A stretch of 64,000 nt of DNA from Phoronis australis. Lineage: Eukaryota; Animalia; Phoronida. This document shows positions 39,786 through 50,698 of the stretch, piece by piece (the stretch's first letter is position 1; every line of letters begins with the position of its first letter). The position numbers and the translations under genes are program-made. Below the pieces are notes generated by a model, which worked only from the letters and a program-made list of their open reading frames with translations, had not been told where the DNA came from and made no database searches. The stretch lies in NCBI GenBank assembly GCA_002633005.1, contig NMRA01000640.1, positions 153,320 to 217,319 of the forward strand, written 5' to 3'.

Positions 39786-40147
39786 TTAATGACATGGAAG
39801 AGAAGTAAACAATCCCGATTGAAACATAGCTACCAGGGTGTCCGTTGAATGCAAGGGGCATCGCCAGAGACTGTTAACTTTTTGTTAGTGAATTGTCTGT
39901 CTCAAGACATCGCAGTAAACACCATAAATCTAAGAGTATTATTACGAAAATCCACTACATCAGGTGATTAGAGGGTTGTTTCACTTAAAACGCGTAGTGC
40001 GACTTTTTCAACTTGTGGCATAAGTTAAAATTAAATCAAAAGTTCCAATTAGTTGGAATTTTCTGAACTTTAAAAGCTTTCAACGGAACTTAATCACAAG
40101 AAAATGTTAGTTCCTGACTTACTTGCGCTGAATGACATACATGTAAT

Positions 40148-40272
40148 ACTCTCACTCTCAGAGTATTGTCCAATCAGTGAACAAGATCAACTCTCACTCT
40201 AAGGGTATTATCCAATCAGTGAACAAGACCCACTCTAACTCTCAGGGTATTGTCCAATCAGTGAGCAAGACT
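40148..40272. repeat. Three tandem ~41-bp units, each containing CCAATCA
   Basis: ctct.actct.ag.gtatt.tccaatcagtga.caaga x3. Confidence 0.85.
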
Positions 40273-40498
40273 CTAGGACGAGGATAGAAACGCCTGATAG
40301 TGTGAACCGGCCACTTGTTTTCTTGTGAGTAAAATTATTCTGCTTATCATCACCACAACGCAATGAAAACCCTTTTCCATTGCACCATGTAAGTTGTCAG
40401 AATGATTTCTTGCCTAGTGAAGGGTGAAAATCTCCCTCTTTACAACACTTTGACTTTAACATAGCAATGAAAATAATAAACAATAATAATATGCATAC

Positions 40499-40594
40499 CT
40501 TGTAAATTTCTCCGCGCTTTAATTGATGGGCTAGACCAAAGTCAATAATCTTTATCCTGGTACCCGACTTTGAAACACAAAGTATATTTTCTGG
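40499..40594 (-). CDS. MYLK: MLCK-like kinase exon (DFG)
   Basis: PENILCVSKSGTRIKIIDFGLA; phase 0-0. Confidence 0.95.
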
Positions 40595-41130
40595 CTTAAA
40601 AGCAAAAGTAAAAATACATTTTTTACAAACAAAATATACCATACATTCACTGTTGCAATAATGCGCAATATTGACACGACAGTGGCACAGCGAAAAAAAT
40701 ATTTTTCTTAGGATAACACCTAAACCCTTTAAAACAAGTCACCAAAAGTATTTCGCGAATGTAAAGTTTCAACTCAAAATTATACTCAAGAGCCCATTCG
40801 GGTCGTCAAGTGCGAGCTTCGACTAGGAACAAATATGCATTAACCGTAACGAACTTGAACACAGATTATTAGAGACACTTAACAAAAGTAGAACGGGAAA
40901 TGCCAAAAATAATTTCGAGTTTGATTTACGTACAAAGATTAGATTCCAGCCCCAGAGGTAAGATACATGTATGGACAGGGCATGCGCAGATGGCACATGA
41001 GAACTAGAGGGAGCGGGGCACGGGAAAAGATATACAGTGTATGTGAGGGGAGTGGAAGATTTATAAAGACTCATGTGCCCAATGTCCCTGCGAAGATTAC
41101 TAGTGTTGAAGAGTAGCATTTTTGGCTTAC

Positions 41131-41272
41131 TTTCAAGTCTAGATGAACTATGTTGAGCGAGTGAATGTACTGAACACCTTCGCAGATCTGTCTCGTGAAC
41201 TGTATACACTGCCGCTCTGTTAGGTCGAACTCGTCTGCAACAATTCTGTCGAAAAGTTCCCCGCCTTCAACT
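41131..41272 (-). CDS. MYLK: MLCK-like kinase exon (catalytic loop)
   Basis: VEGGELFDRIVADEFDLTERQC...IHSLNIVHLDLK; phase 2-0. Confidence 0.95.
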
Positions 41273-41345
41273 CTGCGGATTCAAATATGAACAAATCTGA
41301 GATCAATAAAACCAGGTCAAGAACAATCTTTCGACATACATGTGG

Positions 41346-41789
41346 GACCCTGGCTAGAAAAATGTCTAAATTTGGCTAACTTCGGAACATCATATTTCGG
41401 AAATGTCAGATTGGATTCGTTTGAAACCTTCAGAAACTGTTTTATGCACTGCCCCAGTTTTGTTCGAGAAGCATTCGAAATTAGTTCTTTCACGATTTTT
41501 GTGAAAAAAGCTGTATAAAACCAAAATGAAATAATAATTTAGAAAACAAATTTTTGAGATTTGATCTTGAACTTTTGCATCAAATGAAATTTGGTCATGT
41601 TATTGTTACTGTGGTTTTGCTATCAATGCAATCCCTTGGAAAAGTGGAACATTTAAAAAACCATTCCTAACAGAGCTCTGGAGATAATCGCAAAAAGTAC
41701 AATATCTGAAAGTTGCGTATGAAAACGATAGGCCATTTCTGAAATATTATGGTTCGAAATTACCAGAGTTTGGACAAATGTCTAGGGTC
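41346..41789. mobile_element. MITE with degenerate ~55-bp TIRs
   Basis: gaccctgg...catatttcggaaatg mirrored by catttctgaaatattatg...tctagggtc. Confidence 0.6.
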
Positions 41790-42058
41790 TTACGTAATCT
41801 TACGTAATAAGTTCAATATCCAAAATAATCAACCGGTCTTGAACCATGATGGCCAACCAATCTAGCTACTAACGAGCAACAGGAGTGAAGCTGCACGAGT
41901 AGAGTTTTTAAAAAGTGGGACACGTTCAGCCACTTATATGGTTTACCTGGGATACAGCGTGTGTAAATGTCTGTGATGTTACTTTTTTATCGTCTCGACG
42001 CACTGTTATAAATTAGAATCCTTATTGTTTGCAAAATCCATTGGATCTCAAAACTTAC

Positions 42059-42262
42059 AGTTCCGTGACTAGGCAGAATTTGTCGCTGTTGTGATATGCG
42101 TCGAATAATTGTAAAATGCGTGGATGCTGCAGCATTTTCATTACGTCAATTTCCTGTTTCACCGACTCCTGCTCGCCTCTTGTTTGTGCGCCAATGAACT
42201 TGGCTGCCGCCACCTTGCCCGTCTTTCTCTCGCGGCATTTCTTCACTTCACCAAAGCGACCT
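42059..42262 (-). CDS. MYLK: MLCK-like kinase exon (Gly loop, catalytic Lys, helix C)
   Basis: GRFGEVKKC...AAAKFI...EIDVMKMLQHPRILQLFDAY; phase 2-2. Confidence 0.95.
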
Positions 42263-42329
42263 CTGTTGAGTGAAGGAAAAATCCAGGTTTAAAATGAAAA
42301 ATAAGACAAGGCATAAGGCGTTCTACAGA

Positions 42330-43860
42330 CTCTTGTTTTTCTTGTTTTTTTTTTGAACGAAACATTTGTTAATCCAACCAACCAGTACATAGTTGAACAG
42401 CAATACGAAATATGGTCAAGTGCATCAAACAACTTATATACATTATAGAACCCTATAAAAGCTAGTTAGGCAAAAAAGAAGACCACCTTGTCTGGAATCT
42501 CTCAGGATCCAATTTATAATAGTATATATTTCTTCCAGGTTGTGGTAATCACATACCTCACTCACGTGAAATTTCGATAAGCAAAGAATTAAATTTGCAA
42601 CAGGCTGGATCTCCAAACAAGACGGAAGACATATTTAACTGCAGTGGGATATCGCACTGATTTATCATCCATGTTTTTAAACATAAACAAAACTTTTGAG
42701 CAAGTGAACATTCCCAATACAAATGTAGAATTGTTTCTTCGTGTCGCTCACACATTGAACATAAGGACGATACATCAACACCTGTTTTCTTTAAATAAGA
42801 GTTTGTACCAATAAGACTGTGGTTGAAACGGAATTGAAACCATCTGAGTCTGACATCAGAAGTACAATGGTAAACTACAGAATGAACATTTTTCCAAGAC
42901 TGAGTATCATCGCGTATGTTAATTTCTCTCTCCCACTTCAATTCCGTGACAGGTTTTACATACAATTTGGAAATGAATAATTGATAGATTTTCCCCTCCC
43001 TTTATTTTCCGAGGAAATTCGAAAAATACGTTCTGGAAAAAGTGGAGTGTCTATAGTACTCTTGTCTCTTAATTCCAAGAACGAAGTATTGAACTTCGAA
43101 TTCCATAGAAATAAGTAACACAAGGACAAAATTGAAAACGTGTACAAAGGTATGATAATCATACATATATCCTTTATCAGGGTCAATTAAATCGCATACG
43201 TATCGTATACCCTTCTGAAACCACTCGCTCCAAAAAATTGGACTACTGTCTATACAAATTTTGGGGTTATACCGCAAACGTTGGTACGAAGAGTCATCTA
43301 TCTCACGCAGATTGATAAATTCGTATAAAATATAAAAATTTCCTTCCAAAAATATTCTGAATACGGCTAGCTACTTCAAGAAAAAAACAAGAACCTAACT
43401 GAAAAGAGCCATTTTTATATGAAGAATAGTTTCACATAAAATATTTAGCCAAGAAGAAGTATTGTTATAATAATTTTTGAAGAATCTCCGAATCCAAGTC
43501 AGTTTAATAGCTTTGAAAAATGACGCAGTATGGACCATATTCCCACCTCCATCTTCAGATTTCTATACCATGGTTTTTCTAGAGATTCTGTCAGAAGAGG
43601 TACCCCATATATAATCAAAAATATTTTCTCATTGTCCTTAAAAAAGTACCTAGCACTTGGAAGAGGAGGTGTGTAAAAGAGGTGAATCAGTTTTGATTAA
43701 AAAATATTTAACAACCGTTATCTTACCAAAGGTGGTTAAATTTCTTTTTGACTAATTTTCAATGCCTTTTCTAACCACGTTTAACTTTACATCGTAGTTT
43801 AAGTGGATCATGTCCTGTAAGTTGATGGAGAAGGTAATTCCAAGAGATGTGAACTGGAGC
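42330..43860 (-). mobile_element. 5'-truncated L1/Tx1-like LINE (RT C-terminus to zf-RVT and A-rich tail) in an MLCK intron
   Basis: SLGITFS..., LRYNPKI...WFQKGIRYVCDL, WFQFRFNH...CSMCERHEETILHLYWEC; frameshifts and stops; T-run at 42333-42354 read as the tail. Confidence 0.9.
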
Positions 43861-43908
43861 AGATTCAACACGGGTAATACACGACTAAATAAATACGTTA
43901 TTTCTGAC

Positions 43909-43999
43909 CTGCCAAGAAACTCCAAGACTGCATACTCGTCGGACACCCACTTGTTCGTCTTAAGATCGACAACACGTTCTACAAAATTGCTGTCATCAT
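43909..43999 (-). CDS. MYLK: MLCK-like kinase exon (start of kinase domain)
   Basis: DDSNFVERVVDLKTNKWVSDEYAVLEFLGR; phase 1-2. Confidence 0.9.
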
Positions 44000-44337
44000 C
44001 TGAAATGAAAAAAATTGTTTTCACCCGTTTCCCCTAGAACTTATTGGCCAAGACCAGTTAAAGTTGCATTTCGCCGCAGTTTAACTGTTAATGTTGAACT
44101 CTTAATCGAAAAACTTAGACGTTTAAAATACAAACAATGCGCACACAGATGTGCCTTTTTCTAATTGGTAATTTTAGGGTTAGTTGCCAAGCCTGATGAA
44201 ATCTAAAGCGTTTTCTTGAGTCGGAGAAGGTATCGACATGGAATCCTATCACGGCAACGATTGCTGCAAGACAGGAGAGTAAAAGTCTAATTCAATCTTT
44301 ATTTTTTTCCAGCTAAGCACTCTATAGGGCGAAATGA

Positions 44338-44609
44338 CATGCGCGCACCCAGGGGAGGGGACTCGGGGGGCTCGTTCGAGCCCCTGCCCCCCAATTGGGC
44401 AAAAAGGTCCGCCCCCGAGAGACAAAAAGTCCGAGAAAATGGGACAAATGTCCACTAAATAAGCGCAAACGCGCAATTCTCAGAGGTGCTCCCGTTTTTT
44501 TATTTTTTATTTTTTTATTTTTGTTTAGTCCCTCTGCACTTTTGTTAGCAAATGGTCCACAACGTCGTGAATTCGAGTCCCCCCATATCGAAGGCTGGGT
44601 GCGCGCATG
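44338..44609. mobile_element. MITE family A, full copy
   Basis: Perfect 15-bp TIR CATGCGCGCACCCAG; TSD AATGA. Confidence 0.9.
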
Positions 44610-46319
44610 AATGAGACTGTAATGCAAGTGTTGTCAGCGATCCTCAGATGACGTAGTAGCCGGAAGTAATTCAACAAGTCAACAGCTGTGGGCCACAAAT
44701 GGTGGGTGGTCCAATATGGAAGTTCGACCCCCTCAAGTCCCCGTCATTCTGCTTGTCTATGTCGTGTGTCCCTCGTAACACGCCAGGATATCTTACGAAG
44801 AAGTTCAAATAGCATTCCTTTTGCAAACACTGTGGGATTCTATTCAAAAAATTCCCAGTTTCGTTCTGGGATTCCTGTAGGATCACATTCGACAACGGTT
44901 GCTGTAGGGTGAACAGTCGCTTGGTAAATGCATTCAGGTATTCGACAACCTCTGAGTAATTAGGCCAACGCTGTGCAAAAAAAATAGCTGCCTTCGTATA
45001 AAATAATAAGTTTCTTCTTTGATAGCTCCTACATAGACTATTTCTAGACCAAGCCTTCCACAACACTAAAACTTTCATCTCACCATGGCATTCTGTTCAT
45101 CACTACCGAGTTTGCTGTCGGGTTACATGAAGCCGCCAGACGTGCTCCTGGGACAGATAGTTGGGCATCTCTTTTACGTGTAGCCAAATTAAGGCAGAAA
45201 AACTGGTGAACACTTAAATCATTGCGTCATATAATCCTTTAGCAGTTGAAAGTTCACTGGGTACATGGACGAGATTTTATTTAATTGTATAACCTTCCTT
45301 CGGAATTGCGTGTTGGAACGTTTGGGTAATTAGTGCAAATTGCAATATCTTTATTCATAACAGATCTGGGGTTGTTTGGTGTCCTTGCATGCTGTTTACG
45401 ACACACCGGGCTCCAAGCTGATAAAGTAAACCAGACGTTGAAGGTAACAAGACGTCAACAAATACGCAACTGACAGCGTGCTCTCTATTTTCGCGCATAT
45501 GTAAACAGCCTCACAAACGCTAAACTCGCGAAATGCGCTGTTTGCTGGCAACGCGGGTACCAAATGCAAAATTGTTGGCCGTCTGATGACTGACACGAGT
45601 TGGGGCACTTTGTAATGAACGGGGAGGGGGGGGGGAGTTGGGGGCAAACGCAAAAATTGAACGAGTTCCAACCGAAGAAAGTCTTTTGCATGGTCGCCGT
45701 TGTAAACCCCCGTGGTTACGCCAGTGACGAGCAGTGTGTGTGTTGTATAAGTCAGTGGCGGATCTAGGATATCACAAGGGGGGTCAACATTTTGTCTGTA
45801 AACATTTACGCAAAGCACGATTGTAGATGCGCATAGCACCGAATGGGGGTAGGTCGGAAGGGTGGTTTGCCTCCCTCCTGCCCAGGAAATTTTTCTGTTT
45901 TTTCCTTGATTCCTAAAGTATTATCCAAGAAAAAAAAGGGAAAAAAACGAAGAACGTGTCAAACAGGAAAAGCTGTTATCACCTCAGACTCGAGCGAGCG
46001 TGATTTACCACTACACCACCACGATTTAACTCCTAATTTGATACTAAGAGACCTATTTGTTATGGTCCACATCGTTTGCGCGCGAAACCTACTTCTTTTT
46101 GTAATGCTTATTACACGTTTCATATTTTGCGCAACCGGTTCGTAACAAATTTGTTGTATTTAAAATAGTCTTCAATTGCCCAAAAGACCAAATCCGTTTT
46201 TCGTGTTGGCAATAATGACGCGATTGCTTTGGAAATCGTCTTAAGTTAAGGTTTGACAAAGAGAGAATTATGAGTTTCGGAGTGATTCACTAAGGCTTCG
46301 ATTAAAATTCACATCTTAC

Positions 46320-46360
46320 CAGCAGCTTCTGTTTTTTCATCGCCACTCAGATTCCATTTT
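46320..46360 (-). CDS. Candidate alternative MLCK micro-exon
   Basis: CATTTCTTAAAG acceptor, KWNLSGDEKTEAA, GTAAGA donor, phase 2-1. Confidence 0.3.
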
Positions 46361-47577
46361 CTTTAAGAAATGAAGCAATTTTCATCATTGCACAGTGGAG
46401 CAGACGACGGAAACGGAGTAGTAGTGCGCAGCGCCACTGCCGGTCGCCTATACTTAGCTATAGTTCCGTTACGATTGCGCCGTGTTCACCTCCCCCCGCG
46501 GTTAATTAATAAACTTAACATTTCCCTACGCTTTTGGTGTTTTATTTTTTGCGGCAGCCNCAGCCCCCCCCCCCCCCCAAATCTGCCTATGTATGTACAC
46601 AGATATATCGCAGCAGAAGAGTCAAAAATACAACACAATCTTCTTAAACTGTTGGATTTAACCATCACTGAAACATCCACACTCGCATTATACCGATCAT
46701 TAAGGAGAATTGAAGCATACTAAATGGACGTGTACTTCTTGTTGGCACTGCCAGCAATGCAAATAATAATCCGGGTAACTGGTTACTCAACACGCGCACT
46801 ACACCCTTCCCTAGCGTGAGAGGAAATGAATTCCCAAGCAGACAATTCTGAGAACTTACAAGAAAAGGTTCAAAAACATTAACGTTGACAAGGTTAAACA
46901 ACCCCACTAAAACGGCAGCATCATGTCAAGCGCATGTCTCACAGTCCTTAAAATGGTAGACACCAGCCGCTATCGAGTCACGAATAAATTGAGACCAATT
47001 TGTTAATCAGCCTATTTTCTGACTTTTTTGTTTAGACTGTAAGCGGAAAATTCATTCAAGTCAGCTTCCATTAGAACTGACATCAACTTTGCTGATCGTT
47101 TTCATGTGATTTTCCGAAATAATTTTTGCACGTTCTTTCGGGCTATTCAGTTCACAGCTTGGCAAGGTGCTTGCCTGTTGGCTAAGTATAAGTGAGTTGT
47201 GCAATACGGCTACCTATCTCGGGGAAGATAAAGCCATTAGGTGATCACCATCCTTCAGTATCTACACTGGGAACTCAACGTCTGTGCATGAGTCAAAAAA
47301 CACATGTAACGAGATAGCTAAATAGAACAGTTATCGCACCTCAAACAAAAATATCTTTGCCTCACAGCGAGTTGTACAAACATCGTCATTTTTTTTATTT
47401 GGCGCAGTAAGAAACTTCAAATACGCAACTGATAAAAATCCTATTTTTGGTAAAAGTTTGGCTCCATGGCAGTTTATAACACGTTCAGCAGACGAGAAAA
47501 CGCTTCCACTAATTGCCACGTATTATCCTCCGAAACAGCCACGGTCGACGGAACACATCAAGTAGGAAATGCAGTGA

Positions 47578-47644
47578 AGGGCAATAGCCACGTATTTCAC
47601 AGGGAATAGCCACGTATTTCACAGGGAATAGCCACATATTTCAC
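47578..47644. repeat. Three tandem ~22-bp units AGGGAATAGCCACGTATTTCAC
   Basis: Directly visible. Confidence 0.9.
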
Positions 47645-48321
47645 ATCATCTCAATCACTAGAAAAACAAAACATTTCATTGAAATCTACTGACTTTATCT
47701 GATTTGGCATTTGGTGACTGTTTTCAAAGCTGCGTTTCGTCTTGTTTAGCTGGCTAAACAACGGAAATCGAATTCGGTCAACTTTTTCGGCCTCATTGAA
47801 TTCCTGTACCGTGATAGGAATCTATTTCAGTTACCAACAAGAACTTCGAAGCCATCAGCGTCTTCAGAATTTATTGGGCTTATCAAATACCATAACATTG
47901 CGGAATTCGAAATCGGTGCATAGGCAGTTGTCCGTGACTTTAGCTGATGATGGAAACGGACTCTTATCATGTTAAGGAATACCATGAGACCAATTTCATG
48001 AGAGTATAAGTCCTAATTCGATCTTCATTTCTAGCAAGCGTAATGTAGAGCGAAACGTAGCTTCAACTGTGACTGCGAAAACGTTTGGTAACAATTTAAT
48101 TAGTGAACGGAAAATTATTGCGGACGACAATTTTAATGTCGAAAAGTTTTACTAAAATAATATACTTAAAATACCATAATTGGTAAAATGAATACAGCAA
48201 AATGACTATTTGGCATCGATAGGGTGCTAAATGGAAAATGAACCAATCGCGATTATCGCGGGGATCAACAAAAATCGTCGATATGTGTCAGTGGGATCTC
48301 TCTGGATGAATTGGATTTAGG

Positions 48322-48536
48322 CATGCGCGCACTCGTTCGAGCCCCCCCATTTGGAGAAGTGGACAAAAAGTCCGAGATAACTGGAACAAAAGTCCACTAC
48401 AGAAGCGCGAACGCGCAATTCACAATTGTGCTCCCGTTTTTTTTTGTTTTTTTTTAGTCCGTCCGCTCTTTTGTTAGCAAAAGGTCCACATAGTCGGGAA
48501 TTCGAGCCCCCATATTGAAGGCAGGGTGTGCGCATG
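48322..48536. mobile_element. MITE family A copy with internal deletion
   Basis: catgcgcgcac ... gggtgtgcgcatg; TAGG on both flanks. Confidence 0.85.
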
Positions 48537-48631
48537 TAGGGGTCAGCACTTCATCTTGTGTTCGCCATATTAATTGTAAAAAATTGTCCCCTACATCACA
48601 GCATTGATTCCTGGAGCATTCGTCTGCATAC

Positions 48632-48774
48632 CTTCGCTATCTAGTTGGCTGTGGAAGCGACTTATTCCGTTGCACATCGTAGATGAAGTCCCTCGAGTGG
48701 AGTCTGCCTTACAGATTGTGGACGTCATGGCGTCTCCAAGGCACAACTGAACAGAGTGACAATATCGCTGGCAT
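48632..48774 (-). CDS. Candidate upstream MLCK exon
   Basis: TGTAG acceptor, open frame CQRYCHS...MTSTICK...QLDSE, phase-1 GTATGC donor compatible with the 43999 exon; no homology support. Confidence 0.45.
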
Positions 48775-50541
48775 CTACAACTTAAGGTCACTGCTCAAAA
48801 TTCATCGAAGCTTAGTGGTAGCAGTTGCTTAGTCATCTGCCACCAATATAAATTTATTTGGTGGAACAGCGCGTATTCCCTCAGTGTCCAGGTGGGACAG
48901 ATGTTTCCGGCTTGCTTGGTCGCAGCTTCGCGTGTAACTATGACTTTTCCTTCTCGATGTACTGTCGGTGATTGACAGCAGAGTAAAATTATCACTATAG
49001 CTGATAACCCCGTTAGGTGATCCACACAAAGCCCTTGAATAATGAAGTCTGCCTTCCATAAAGAGAAAGTCTCCTTGCGAGTCGTAAGCGTTGGTGAAGC
49101 GATTACCAGGAAATCTTTTCAGCATTGTATTGCAATCCTCGTCCATTCATAGATGCATGCAATTTCCAATAACGCGTTGGAGATCATTACAATGTCTTAT
49201 GACATATGTTTTAGGTGATCGTTTAAAATCTTACTCCGCGGCAGGGTTTGTTTGAACTTAGCTCAAGATTTTCGGTCTAACCCCAGCCAGAGGGGAAATC
49301 GCATTCAACGTAAACATGCAGTTGTAGGTAGCATGCGCAACGCAGCCAACGGTGAATAAACGAAAACTCGGGTAAACATCAAATATCTTCCATTCTGAAC
49401 TGTCAGCATCTCGGCATCAACTTCTTGCCAAAATCTCGGAGTTTATAAATGGTTGGTTGCAAGACAAAGCAATGTCAGAAAATATGAGTCAGCATTTTCA
49501 GTGAAGAGAGCAATATGTGCTACCAAGTTCGGTCAATACCAGCGTCCAAGTGCCAATTCCGTCTTGTAAACCCCGCTATTAGATTAGCTAGAGAGAAATT
49601 CCTTCCCACGCCAGGTGGGGACAGGCGCCTCAAAATTCATCTAAAACGTTTTATCTTAACTCGTTCAACACTACTCGGAGGAAAAAAGGCAAAAAGCAAA
49701 CCCTACATTGACGGATGAAGGAAACACTTGAGAGGTGAAAACGGCACGTCCGTAGACGGCGTTTTTTTGTTTGTAGGGGTTAAATCCGGCGCATATCGGC
49801 ATGAAACGTGTTTTGAGTGAAGATCGCCACAGTTGACCGGCGTTCTTGTTTACTCTAATTGTCGGAGCATGAACAATTATGACCTTGTTATATTCCTAAA
49901 TTTATATCTCGTACATTAACTTCTGTGTGTATAGACCTTCTGCATAAAAAATGTTTGTCTGCGAGTTGGTATAGCATGGATTAAACAAAACATTTCTCTT
50001 ACGGCCCAAAAGGGCATTTTGGGATTGCTGTTCGATGAGAAGTTATTACCTTTGACCACAGGTATAAAACAGCAAAGTCCCGGCGATGGTGTTTTTGTCT
50101 GATTTTATTACAAATCAAAAAGATGGATACATAGTCTTCTCATTATAGAACAGTTCAGATAAAACGGCTAAGTAAATCAAGTTATTTGAGTTAAGACAAT
50201 TCATTCACGTGATGGTGCCACACAGCGTAACATTTTGTAGAAACACGTGAATTGAATTTACGTATTATAAACGGGACAGACTTCATCACTTAAATAAGTA
50301 ACAAAAGTCATGTCATATCTATATACCTTTCTTCTCCATGAGAACTATATTACCAAAAATCCCAGGCTCTTGTGCATGAGCGAGATTGTCGTTAACTCAT
50401 ACATGGATGTTACCGAAAGTAGTCGACGCCGGGAACGGTGCAGCGTCAACGGGTGCCTAGCACGCGCCGTCATATGCTAATGAACACCAAATGGCCAGTC
50501 TTGTTCTACGTAGGAGCCTGTATTTTTTCAGAAAACAGTTT

Positions 50542-50698
50542 CTATAAATAGGCGTACTCACGTCTTTGGGAAAATTATGAATGCTCTTGAATTCACCCTG
50601 TCGCACAACTCCATCAAAATTAGTAAACACCACTTGACCTAAGCTTAATAATGCGTTTTAAGTTTTCACAGACCTGCCATGGCTCTGTCTATTTATAA
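50542..50698 (-). promoter_or_regulatory. Two MEF2-consensus sites, one doubling as a minus-strand TATA box
   Basis: CTATAAATAG at 50542-50551 and CTATTTATAA at 50689-50698 fit YTAWWWWTAR. Confidence 0.4.
50562..50614 (-). CDS. Candidate MLCK first coding exon (proximal promoter)
   Basis: MELCDRVNSRAFIIFPK then GTGAGT donor in phase 2; ~80 nt downstream of a TATA/MEF2 motif. Confidence 0.35.

Noticed and set aside
44671-45078. 135-aa minus-strand ORF upstream of the kinase exon
   Set aside because: No homology motif and no convincing phase-1 donor
45970-46025. tRNA-like 5' half on the minus strand (GTGGTGTAGTGGTAAATCACGCTCG)
   Set aside because: No T-arm, B-box or acceptor stem; at most a SINE relic
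48829-49146. 105-aa minus-strand ORF containing HLDTEG, similar to QLDSEG of the nearby candidate exon
   Set aside because: No phase-compatible donor to link it to MLCK and no recognisable domain
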